Positions 49,844-58,063 of a stretch of DNA of 58,296 nt are shown here, in pieces. Source of the DNA: a virus. A program made the position numbers and the translations under genes. The DNA lies in IMG/VR virus record IMGVR_UViG_3300029240_000011. One strand, 5' to 3'. Below the pieces are notes generated by a model. That model was not told the origin of the DNA. It saw only the letters and a list, made by a program, of their open reading frames with translations, and made no database searches. How positions within the stretch are numbered: the first letter of the stretch is position 1; each line of letters opens with the position of its first letter.

Positions 49844-50602
49844 TCAGCAGCCACAGCCGCAGCCGTTGTTATAGGCCCCGCAATAGGGGTAGGGTGCAGG
49901 AACCTGATAGGCAGGTACAGGCATGGGGTTGATCCGGCGAATCAGCTCAGAGGTCTGCGCGTCCAAAGTCGCCGTCAAATAGCTGTTCTGGTTAGCCTGA
50001 GAAGCAGCCAGCTTGAGAGACTGATTCTCCGCCTGCAAGCTGGAGATCTTATCCTGAGTCAGGAAATCCAGAATCGCACGGGTGTTGGCATTCTGCCCGT
50101 CGATGATATCCCGTGTAGTGGACTGGATCAGATTACGGGTATCGCAGGCCTGCGTAGCCATATCATACCGAACGCCCTGAATAGCCGTCTGCGTATCGCA
50201 GCAGCACTGTGCCATCTGTGCACCGAGCGAATTGAAGCCCATCTGCGTCTGATACCCCAGGTTGCACACCGCAGTGTCCACACTGTGGAAACCATTGTTA
50301 ATGCTGTTGTTCAGTGCAAAGGTGCTGTCACAAATGCCCTGCTGAATACCCCGGACGCCATTCTGCAGGTCATTGAAATTGAACTCACTGCACAGATCCG
50401 CACGCGTCAATGCACCCTGACCAGCCGGGCTGTTGATGCCGCCGTTACCGCCGAATCCGCCCCAGCCGCCGTTTCCCCAGCCGAAGATCATAGCAAAGAG
50501 GATAATGGCCCACCAGCCATCTCCGCCCCACATACCATTTCCGTTCCCATTGTTGCTGTCTTGACCAAGCGCATAGCCCAAAGCCATAGAATCATCAGCC
50601 AT
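49844..50602 (-). CDS. cargo protein: Gly/Trp-rich N-terminus + TM helix + Q/N-rich helical region + CGCGC tail
   Basis: 252-aa track ORF. AAGGAG SD. Confidence 0.55.
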   Translation of the reverse strand: MADDSMALGYALGQDSNNGNGNGMWGGDGWWAIILFAMIFGWGNGGWGGFGGNGGINSPAGQGALTRADLCSEFNFNDLQNGVRGIQQGICDSTFALNNSINNGFHSVDTAVCNLGYQTQMGFNSLGAQMAQCCCDTQTAIQGVRYDMATQACDTRNLIQSTTRDIIDGQNANTRAILDFLTQDKISSLQAENQSLKLAASQANQNSYLTATLDAQTSELIRRINPMPVPAYQVPAPYPYCGAYNNGCGCGC

Positions 50603-50716
50603 AATTTTATCTCCTTTTCCGTTATATCACATCGGCCTGCGCACTGCCGAATGTGTCAAAATCACACTCGGTTTTTATCAAGGCCGAAAACTGAAAAGTG
50701 AGAATGCTTAAGTCTG

Positions 50717-50968
50717 TTATCTCTTCCCTCCTCTTGGGAATGTGTTCTGCATCTGCTTTATAAACTGGTCAAGATCAATCCCGCGTTCTTTGGCAATGTT
50801 TTCTGCCATACTGCGAAGTTGATTTGAATTTTTTCCACGGATCATCTGATTAAATTGCTGCACTTGCGGATTGTTTCTTCCCATTTGATCAAAAAATGAC
50901 ATTGGGTTGCCACCGCCCTGCATCATCTGCATAAGCATTTGCATGGGATTATTCGACATCGGCATCAT
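50717..50968 (-). CDS. cargo protein: Met/Gln-rich, 83 aa
   Basis: Track ORF. Confidence 0.5.
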   Translation of the reverse strand: MMPMSNNPMQMLMQMMQGGGNPMSFFDQMGRNNPQVQQFNQMIRGKNSNQLRSMAENIAKERGIDLDQFIKQMQNTFPRGGKR

Positions 50969-51386
50969 TGCCCTTTACCACCTTTCCACGCTTTTTCAAT
51001 TTTTCAATTTCCGATTGGAGTCCAGAAATCTTTTCTTGCAATTCCTGGATATCCTTAGACGAAGCGTAATCAGGGGCAGCCTGTTCCTGTTCAGCGCGGA
51101 ACGTAAAAATATCTGAAGCACCCGTTTGATTGTTAAAACGCTTCAAATAAATTTCACCTTTGGCCAGATTCGGCATTAACGTGCCCTGATTAAAAAAATC
51201 GATTTGGCTTGCAATCGCTTCTTCACGACTTGTGACAGGTCTGACACTGAAGGTAGGTAAATTCACCTGCGGTTGAGCAGATGGCTGCTGCTGAGCCTGC
51301 TGCGTCATCTGCGGTGCATATTGAGGCTGAATCGAGGGAGGAATTTGAGCGTAATTTGGATATCCTCCATAATTATAAAAATTCAT
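50949..51386 (-). CDS. cargo protein: Q/P/Y-rich N-terminus + small domain + coiled-coil tail (145 aa)
   Basis: Track ORF. ATGA overlap with the upstream 54-aa ORF. Confidence 0.5.
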   Translation of the reverse strand: MNFYNYGGYPNYAQIPPSIQPQYAPQMTQQAQQQPSAQPQVNLPTFSVRPVTSREEAIASQIDFFNQGTLMPNLAKGEIYLKRFNNQTGASDIFTFRAEQEQAAPDYASSKDIQELQEKISGLQSEIEKLKKRGKVVKGNDADVE

Positions 51387-51547
51387 AACTCCACTCCTGC
51401 GTCATGATAAGTTTCTGCAGATTGAATAAATGATTCCAGCGCAGCCCAATCTTCAACTGAGGCATATTTCTGACAAATATCCGTCGCATTTGATTCTGTA
51501 AAACCACATCGCACTAAACGGCTAATTAATTCTCTTCCATTTTCCAT
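51383..51547 (-). CDS. small hypothetical protein (54 aa; not in the ORF track)
   Basis: Own translation: MENGRELISRLVRCGFTESNATDICQKYASVEDWAALESFIQSAETYHDAGVEL. Confidence 0.45.
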   Translation of the reverse strand: MENGRELISRLVRCGFTESNATDICQKYASVEDWAALESFIQSAETYHDAGVEL

Positions 51548-51693
51548 TTGAACACGTCCTTATGTAAAAAATAAGGAGGATCGTGAGGAGGGTGGCGACG
51601 TGTACCAACCCTAAATCCCCACGTCCTCCATGCCTATATTGTCGCAGAAAAATACCCCGGCTGGGGTTGATCCCAGTCGGGGTTATGTATGAT

Positions 51694-51945
51694 TTATGTT
51701 TGATTTGTGTAGAGACTTTTGGCTACGTCAGCAACTCTTTGGAATACATATTTTTCGTGGGTACTCACAGCGCCACGATACCAGCCCAGCTCCGCTGCTA
51801 CATCAATCTGATCCCATTTATCAATAATTCTTCGCTTGGCAATCAGTTCGTCATCCTTGTGCAAAGCCGATTCGTAGATTGCCTTTTCGAGCTGAGAGCG
51901 CAAAAGCTTTCCCAGCGGTTCCGGTAATTTTACTCTTGCGCTCAT
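51694..51945 (-). CDS. small sigma-70 region-4-like HTH protein (83 aa)
   Basis: DELIAKRRIIDKWDQIDVAAELGWYRGAVSTHEKYVFQRV. Confidence 0.5.
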   Translation of the reverse strand: MSARVKLPEPLGKLLRSQLEKAIYESALHKDDELIAKRRIIDKWDQIDVAAELGWYRGAVSTHEKYVFQRVADVAKSLYTNQT

Positions 51946-51960
51946 AATCCACGTCCTTTC

Positions 51961-52650
51961 TTATCTCATCGCCTTTGCCAACTTTACCATCAGATCTTCC
52001 CCGTACTTGTAAGCACCGAGGAACTGAATCGTATACGCATCCAGCCCCGCCTTGTCCATAATAATTTTCTTTGCCTCGTCCGTAGTCATGGTTTGCACCT
52101 CCCCTTTATATGCAATGCCCAGCGTTTTCAAAATACCTTTGGAATATGCCGCAGCGAACGTTCTGCGCTTTTCCTCCGTATTGATCTTCTGCGCGTCCGC
52201 ACTGTCAATGAACGCGCATTCCAGAATCACCGCAGGGCACTTTGTCTGACGGATAAAGCCGAAATAATCTTTGCCCGCGCTATTCGCTCTGGTTTTCAAT
52301 CCCCGGCTTTTCTGCCCGATCTTGATGACTTCTGCTTCGATGTTCTGCGCCAGCACTTTCCCCTTGCCGCCGCTCAGGGTGTGATAGGCCTCAAAGCCTT
52401 CCCCGCCGCCGGCGTTGGTGTGGATGTCCACCGCATACTCCGGCGCGAATGCGTTGCACTCTTTCACCTCTTCGCTGGTGGGATCGTCCTCATCCACTGT
52501 TCGACTGATTCCAACTGTCACACCGTGGCGCTGCAATTCTTCCCGCAAATGCAGCGCAATGGAGAGATTGACCTCTTTTTCTTTCAGGCCGTTGCCCACA
52601 GCGCCGGCATCGCTTCCGCCATGCCCCACGCCAATAAATACCTTGCTCAC
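51961..52650 (-). CDS. endolysin: N-acetylmuramoyl-L-alanine amidase (Amidase_3 type)
   Basis: VFIGVGHGGSDAGAVGNGLKEKEVNL...DIHTNAGGG. GGAAAGGAG SD before GTG 52650. Confidence 0.85.
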   Translation of the reverse strand: MSKVFIGVGHGGSDAGAVGNGLKEKEVNLSIALHLREELQRHGVTVGISRTVDEDDPTSEEVKECNAFAPEYAVDIHTNAGGGEGFEAYHTLSGGKGKVLAQNIEAEVIKIGQKSRGLKTRANSAGKDYFGFIRQTKCPAVILECAFIDSADAQKINTEEKRRTFAAAYSKGILKTLGIAYKGEVQTMTTDEAKKIIMDKAGLDAYTIQFLGAYKYGEDLMVKLAKAMR

Positions 52651-52816
52651 GTATCGCTCCTTTCCGGGCAGCAAAAAACCGCCCTGTCAAATGAGTTGAC
52701 AAAAGCGGCTCTCTGCGATAGAATAAAGCCAGTAAGAATGGCTGCCATTGCAGTGGCGGTCGTCCCTGTGCAAGTTTGTAGCTTGAAGGAAACGCCGCTC
52801 ACCGCCTGGTGGGCGG

Positions 52817-52906
52817 TTATTTCTTGCGCATTGTGATCGTAACGATCAGAGTGGCAAGCGCGATCAACACAAGCGTGTATGTAAACATATCAGCAAATGT
52901 TACCAT
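52817..52906 (-). CDS. 29-aa hydrophobic peptide of holin-like-toxin (Hol-Tox) type
   Basis: Own translation: MVTFADMFTYTLVLIALATLIVTITMRKK. CAGGAGGTG SD. Not in the ORF track. Confidence 0.55.
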   Translation of the reverse strand: MVTFADMFTYTLVLIALATLIVTITMRKK

Positions 52907-53020
52907 CGCCGCACCTCCTGTTGAGGAAGTGGACAACCTCGCCGCTCTTACTGGCTTTGCCTATCTTATCATATGTTTCCGCTTTTTGTCAATTTTCGCC
53001 GCCCTCATGGGGCGGCTTTT

Positions 53021-53287
53021 TCAATCGCTCTTTTTGGGGCAGGTATAGCGCAGCGCCTGCGCGCTGTCGCTGACTCCTGCGGTGGTCGGATCGATAAAGA
53101 CCGCCAGTACCGCCAGCACCACCGTCACAAGCTGAACGGGATTGCGCAGCACGTCCACAATGTACCCGCCCAGGCTTTCCCAGCTCACAAACTGCTGTGG
53201 ATCCACGCCGAGCGCCGTAATGATAATGGACACTACGCCTACCCAGAACCACGGGTTTTTCAGGCGAACCGGAATATTAACCTTCAT
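53021..53287 (-). CDS. holin (phi LC3 / Phage_holin_1 family)
   Basis: MKVNIPVRLKNPWFWVGVVSIIITALG...FIDPTTAGVSDSAQALRY signature. Confidence 0.8.
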   Translation of the reverse strand: MKVNIPVRLKNPWFWVGVVSIIITALGVDPQQFVSWESLGGYIVDVLRNPVQLVTVVLAVLAVFIDPTTAGVSDSAQALRYTCPKKSD

Positions 53288-53633
53288 TGTGTACCTCGAT
53301 ATGATCCCCCACCACAGCAAAGGTATAGCCTGCGATGTACAGCGTGGCCTTCGGCGCATTACCTTTCACATCAAAGCCCGTATCATAGTCCAGCTTGCCC
53401 GCTGTGACGTGCATCTTCTCCGGAGTGCCAATTCCATGATCCATGAAGCCGTATCCGCTCGTGCCCGCCGGCGTGCCGTCCGAGTGCGTCTGCGCCATCT
53501 CCGCGCCGGTGATCGCGTTCTTCATCGGATCTAGCCGCAGACCCACCGTGCACTCCGCCAGTCTCTTGTTGGCCTCTTCCACCGTGATCTCACCTTTGCT
53601 GTAGCTCAAAATAATTTCAGTTGCTTTTCCCAT
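53277..53633 (-). CDS. hypothetical protein in the lysis cassette (118 aa)
   Basis: AAAGGAG SD. Confidence 0.5.
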   Translation of the reverse strand: MGKATEIILSYSKGEITVEEANKRLAECTVGLRLDPMKNAITGAEMAQTHSDGTPAGTSGYGFMDHGIGTPEKMHVTAGKLDYDTGFDVKGNAPKATLYIAGYTFAVVGDHIEVHNEG

Positions 53634-53685
53634 TGTTTCGTTCTCCTTTGTAATATATTTTACAGGCAGTGCCCGTAATAAACTT

Positions 53686-53961
53686 TTAATGACGCCTCTC
53701 CAGATTGCGGATGCGTCCTTCGTGTTCTGTCAGTTTCTTTTCATGCTCATTGATTTGCTTGTCCTGTTCGTCGTTATGGCTCCAAATCCGTTTGTGGCTC
53801 TCCCGGCTGTGCTCTTCCTGTTCCTTGACATCCGCCCGGAGCTGCTCCACTACCGCCGTCAGCGTTGTAATCGTGCTGGTCAATGTAATGATCGGGCGGA
53901 CAACCGCAATACCAAAGGTGCCGAGCGTAATCAGCACCACTACTACACCCCATTCCGTCAA
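53686..53961 (-). CDS. BhlA/UviB-like holin-like protein (N-terminal TM + coiled coil)
   Basis: 91 aa. TTG start after AAGGGGGGA. Confidence 0.55.
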   Translation of the reverse strand: MTEWGVVVVLITLGTFGIAVVRPIITLTSTITTLTAVVEQLRADVKEQEEHSRESHKRIWSHNDEQDKQINEHEKKLTEHEGRIRNLERRH

Positions 53962-53973
53962 GTGCGTCCCCCC

Positions 53974-54441
53974 TTATCTGGTAACTTCACCCAGATCTTC
54001 CCAGCCGCTGGGATACTCGTTCGGGTTCCATGTGTTGTTGTCCATTTTCGAGCGCCACACATGGCCGCCTTCCGTGCAGCAATCGCCGGTAGCATATGGG
54101 CTGGTGGCCAGCGCGATAAACCGCAGCGCCTTTTCCGGATCCGTTGACCAGACAAAGCCCCACTGCGCAGGCAGTTCCTCCGGCTCCTGTGGATACACGG
54201 AACTGTCATAGGGCTGCAGCAGCCGCACTACACGCCCGGCGGAAGATTTGCAGACAAATCCAACCGCCCGTTCCAGCATGTTCTTCCGCTCCGATGCCGC
54301 TTTGAACTCCGGTATGTATCCATCTTCTGCATAAAGCTGTGTGCCAGTCATATCCTGCGCCGCCGTCTGGATCTGTTCCGCCGCCGATTTCCCTGCGCGC
54401 CGCAGGGTTTCCAGAACATACTTCTGATCAGTCAATTTCAT
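53974..54441 (-). CDS. hypothetical protein (155 aa)
   Basis: GGAAAGGAG SD. Confidence 0.5.
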   Translation of the reverse strand: MKLTDQKYVLETLRRAGKSAAEQIQTAAQDMTGTQLYAEDGYIPEFKAASERKNMLERAVGFVCKSSAGRVVRLLQPYDSSVYPQEPEELPAQWGFVWSTDPEKALRFIALATSPYATGDCCTEGGHVWRSKMDNNTWNPNEYPSGWEDLGEVTR

Positions 54442-54745
54442 TCACTCCTTTCCGGATCGCAGCAGCCATCGAAGCCCATGTCACAGGCTGTTCCAGTTCC
54501 GGTTCTTCCGGCTGTTCCGCCTGCGCCGCCCTCCACGCTTCCCATGCCTCCATGTTCGGCTCCACCAGCGTTCCGATCTCGCCCGTTTCCTCGTTCTCAA
54601 TCCGCTGGATGGTCACAAAGCCATTGTAAGCAAGAAAGGTTTTCGCTTGTTCTTCCGTAAGTTCGATGGCTCCGCGAAACGACGTGCTCTGAAAATTGGA
54701 ATACCCTCCATTTTCATTTTTTTGCGGGTTTAAGTAGTAATTCAA
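54428..54745 (-). CDS. hypothetical protein (105 aa; XkdW-like position)
   Basis: TTG start after GGGGGA. Confidence 0.45.
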   Translation of the reverse strand: MNYYLNPQKNENGGYSNFQSTSFRGAIELTEEQAKTFLAYNGFVTIQRIENEETGEIGTLVEPNMEAWEAWRAAQAEQPEEPELEQPVTWASMAAAIRKGVNEID

Positions 54746-54963
54746 TTGGATTCCCCCATTGCTATTTTTTATAAATGGTGGTATAGTACCGGTGGACAGT
54801 ATCGGTGTCTTGAAAGATTCCTTTCTCTTTTAACGATCTGATAGAGATACACCGAGAATAAGTCCTTTCTTATACCGCTCCCCAACAGGGGGGCGGTTTT
54901 TTCAATGACCCATCAAATACCGTTTACATTTTTCGAAGGCATCCGCTGGCTGGAAATTATCTG

Positions 54964-56493
54964 TCATCGATCTTTTGCTTTCACATAAGTATAATGTGTA
55001 GAGTCGCTTATAGTAGGTAATACAGGAGATTCCAGCTCACCTGTCGGATTTTGCACAATAACATTTTTACAGGACAGCAACCCACCCATTGACGGATCAG
55101 ACTTCCAGAATTGTATAATGTTAGTGTCGCCAGATATAGTCGCAATTGTCTGCGTAGTCACCGTTGTATCCGTCAAAGATGTTGCATAGACGAGTTGCAA
55201 ATTATTTTCAGACAATTGATATCTGTAATACAGGCCGCTTTCTTCATCATAATCAAAATCCAAGTTATTAAACGCTTTAACCATTGGGCAGTACTTATAT
55301 GTTCCGTTATAGGTATCGCAGTACCCATAAGCATGGCGCTGACTGTCGCTCCCATATTTGGAAAACATAAAGAAGTACTTTCCAATTTTTCTGAATGTAA
55401 CGCCATTGTTTACATTGACAGTGGTTCCAGTATCCCGCGTGTATTCAGCACTATCGAAGTAATGTGGTTTAAGAGCAGCGTCAATTAAGGTATGCGGGCA
55501 CCACGTGCTGTTATCGCTCCACACCATTTCTACAATTGCCTGACCATATTGTTCAGTTCTTTCATACCACTCGTTGGCATTTGGTAATGGGCTCCAACTA
55601 TTTGTAATTGTCGTCTTCGTAGCTTGGTATGTTGAAACATTGATAAATTCTTCGATAGTAGGAGCGTGAAAGATTCGCACTTCGTATCCGTTACTCCACC
55701 TATAGATCGCTTCTCCAACAAATTCACCATTGTATGCAATTAAGTAATCAAAGCTCCAATACTGGTAGTCCGAAGCCAGCCCATTGCCAAACGTCTCAGC
55801 TTTGAAATTGTAGCCGTCTGTGCTCCATAAAATCAGAGGTGCTTTGTTGTTATCAAGCGGATGCATTGAAGCAAATTGCCCATTGTTGTATGCTATAAAG
55901 GCATAGTCAAGGTAGAAACTATAGTCTTCACTCAAAATTTTTACTTCGTGACCCTCTGCGGCACCCGTTGCAGCATCAACAATAGTCAATCGGAAGTAGT
56001 TCCACTGATAATCTCCATCATATTTGTTGCTTGAGTATACGTACCACTTTCCTTTTTCTTTGACGTAAATGATTTGAAAAATGCGAGCATAGCCTGGATG
56101 AGTTTCTTCGACAATCTTACCGAGATCGTAGAGTGTCTGATACTTCGTCAGCTCTTTGTTGCACAACTTAGCCAGCTCTGGGTAATCGTCTGTGCGGAAC
56201 TGTTCGCCATTGCACAAAAGCCACGGATCTCCTATGTCTGCCCGTAAACTTTGTTTTAGATCTCCAATGTGCTCCGGGGAGTCACACAGAAGATTAAACA
56301 CATCATTCGGGACTGCCGTGTTATCCAAACCATATTTCTCTGCTGTAACATCCTGCAGCATATTCGCTTTATTGAAATAATCCCCCTCTTCTTCGACCTC
56401 GCCAGGAGCAGGTTCAATATCATAAATATCATCCGTTCCTGCTACTTTCGTGAATTTGTAGCGGTTCGGGAACTCAACGTTGCGGTCTTTGAT
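54964..56493 (-). CDS. tail fibre / receptor-binding protein (N-terminus upstream of the track start)
   Basis: The track ORF starts at ATG 56361, but the frame is open 44 codons further (PIKDRNVEFPNRYKFTKVAGTDDIYDIEPAPGEVEEEGDYFNKAN). AAAGGGGGA SD at 56501-56509. Confidence 0.6.
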   Translation of the reverse strand: MKDRNVEFPNRYKFTKVAGTDDIYDIEPAPGEVEEEGDYFNKANMLQDVTAEKYGLDNTAVPNDVFNLLCDSPEHIGDLKQSLRADIGDPWLLCNGEQFRTDDYPELAKLCNKELTKYQTLYDLGKIVEETHPGYARIFQIIYVKEKGKWYVYSSNKYDGDYQWNYFRLTIVDAATGAAEGHEVKILSEDYSFYLDYAFIAYNNGQFASMHPLDNNKAPLILWSTDGYNFKAETFGNGLASDYQYWSFDYLIAYNGEFVGEAIYRWSNGYEVRIFHAPTIEEFINVSTYQATKTTITNSWSPLPNANEWYERTEQYGQAIVEMVWSDNSTWCPHTLIDAALKPHYFDSAEYTRDTGTTVNVNNGVTFRKIGKYFFMFSKYGSDSQRHAYGYCDTYNGTYKYCPMVKAFNNLDFDYDEESGLYYRYQLSENNLQLVYATSLTDTTVTTQTIATISGDTNIIQFWKSDPSMGGLLSCKNVIVQNPTGELESPVLPTISDSTHYTYVKAKDR

Positions 56494-56507
56494 AGGTCAT
56501 TCCCCCT

Positions 56508-57431
56508 TTAGAAAATGGCGACATAGCGATAGGTTATTCCAGAAATATTAAATTGTCCTTGTGCATTGTTCATCAATTTTTGCGAGTACCATGACATGGT
56601 GTTTCCGGTAGTTCTAACAATATTAAGTGCACTGTCATTAGAAGATACAGAAGACATTATCGTGCACCCCCAAATATAAATTCCAGCCGTCATTGCGCCG
56701 TACTGTGTACTGTCCATATCAATAACCACAATTTTCGGCTTAGAGTCAAATGTCAGTGTATTGGGATGGCTCTCTCCATACGTCCCGGTGCCAATATAGC
56801 TGCCTGTGGCGATCCTCGGTGCCTCTCTCGCATTCTCAAACGGGATACCGAGGTATTGATATTCGTATCCGTTTTGCTCTCCGCTATCAGGATAAGCATT
56901 GCGGCTATCAGAGAATACATATTCCCAATCAGATATTTCTGTGCTAACAGATACTTTTTGTGCCTTTACAGAAACGCCGTCTACTTGCAAGGACACGTTA
57001 CTTGTTTGGTACGATATTGTTTGAAGCGGAGGATCAAATTCTTTTCCATAGGTTGTGCCGTTCGGAAGGTAATATATATTGCCAGTGTCACCAGTTAAAC
57101 CTCTCAGATAGCATGGAGCAAAAGATGCAAGCGTCTCTGCCGCTTCCTGCGCTCCGTCGGATGATATCCAAGTGGTTTTATATTCAATTGGGTCAACAAT
57201 CTCCGCAGATCCATCTGATTTAATTTTTAGATCTGTACCATACGAAATCGATACGCCTGCAGATTTGTCCCCAATGATAACAGGAGCAGTAATGTCACTT
57301 TTTATGATGGATCCATTTACACCTATCCGCTTCCACCAATACCGATACAGCTCATTCAGAACCGAAAACCGCGCATTAAATGCTGCACGATTCACAAGCC
57401 CTTTCGGATCCTGGAACGTTAAATCAGTCAT
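56508..57431 (-). CDS. tail fibre-associated protein (307 aa)
   Basis: ATG 57431 forms an ATGA overlap with the upstream stop. Confidence 0.55.
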   Translation of the reverse strand: MTDLTFQDPKGLVNRAAFNARFSVLNELYRYWWKRIGVNGSIIKSDITAPVIIGDKSAGVSISYGTDLKIKSDGSAEIVDPIEYKTTWISSDGAQEAAETLASFAPCYLRGLTGDTGNIYYLPNGTTYGKEFDPPLQTISYQTSNVSLQVDGVSVKAQKVSVSTEISDWEYVFSDSRNAYPDSGEQNGYEYQYLGIPFENAREAPRIATGSYIGTGTYGESHPNTLTFDSKPKIVVIDMDSTQYGAMTAGIYIWGCTIMSSVSSNDSALNIVRTTGNTMSWYSQKLMNNAQGQFNISGITYRYVAIF

Positions 57432-58063
57432 TTTGTCACCCCCAAATTTCCATAGGCCAAAAGATACCAGTCTGCGTTTTCCAAATCGTTCCACTCTCGT
57501 TCCATTTTGTCTAATTCCTCCCATGTACGACCGAAATCACTGTCTGCGCATGGAAGCCCCAACGTTCCGCTCCAAAACGCAAACTGACCGCTCCGACGAA
57601 ACCCGGAAATAACCCGGTTCATGATTTCTTCCACGATTACAAGGATCTGCTCTATATCGTTGGCTTCTTCATATGTCAACGCTTCCATATCTTCCGGAAC
57701 ATTCGGTGTATTTGAAGGTAATTCAAGCGTTCTCCGGATAGCCTTTACATTGGAAAGATACTGATCCATTTGCTCTTCCTTAGGTTTATCCGTTTCATAC
57801 CAGCGATATGGGTCTAATGATTCATCATGGAGAATTTTAACATCTTGATATCCTGTCTCATATCCATACCCAGAAAGCCGGTCGTTAATGTACTCCATTG
57901 CCTCTGTAACACGGTTTAGGTCAGTGTAGTTATACGCTCCGCGAAGCCCTGCCAAATAAGCAGCCCATTCTTCCGTAGTCATGTCCTGCCCTTTGGCGGC
58001 CAGTTCTGCAGCGTAAGAAGCATCTTCCTGTGTTCTGTTTGTGATAAGGTCATCTATAATCAT
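57428..58063 (-). CDS. tail-region protein (211 aa); its C-terminal 60 aa are paralogous to the N-terminus of the next gene
   Basis: Track ORF. The RSGQF-WSG...TWE...DWYL..YG module is shared. Confidence 0.55.
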   Translation of the reverse strand: MIIDDLITNRTQEDASYAAELAAKGQDMTTEEWAAYLAGLRGAYNYTDLNRVTEAMEYINDRLSGYGYETGYQDVKILHDESLDPYRWYETDKPKEEQMDQYLSNVKAIRRTLELPSNTPNVPEDMEALTYEEANDIEQILVIVEEIMNRVISGFRRSGQFAFWSGTLGLPCADSDFGRTWEELDKMEREWNDLENADWYLLAYGNLGVTK

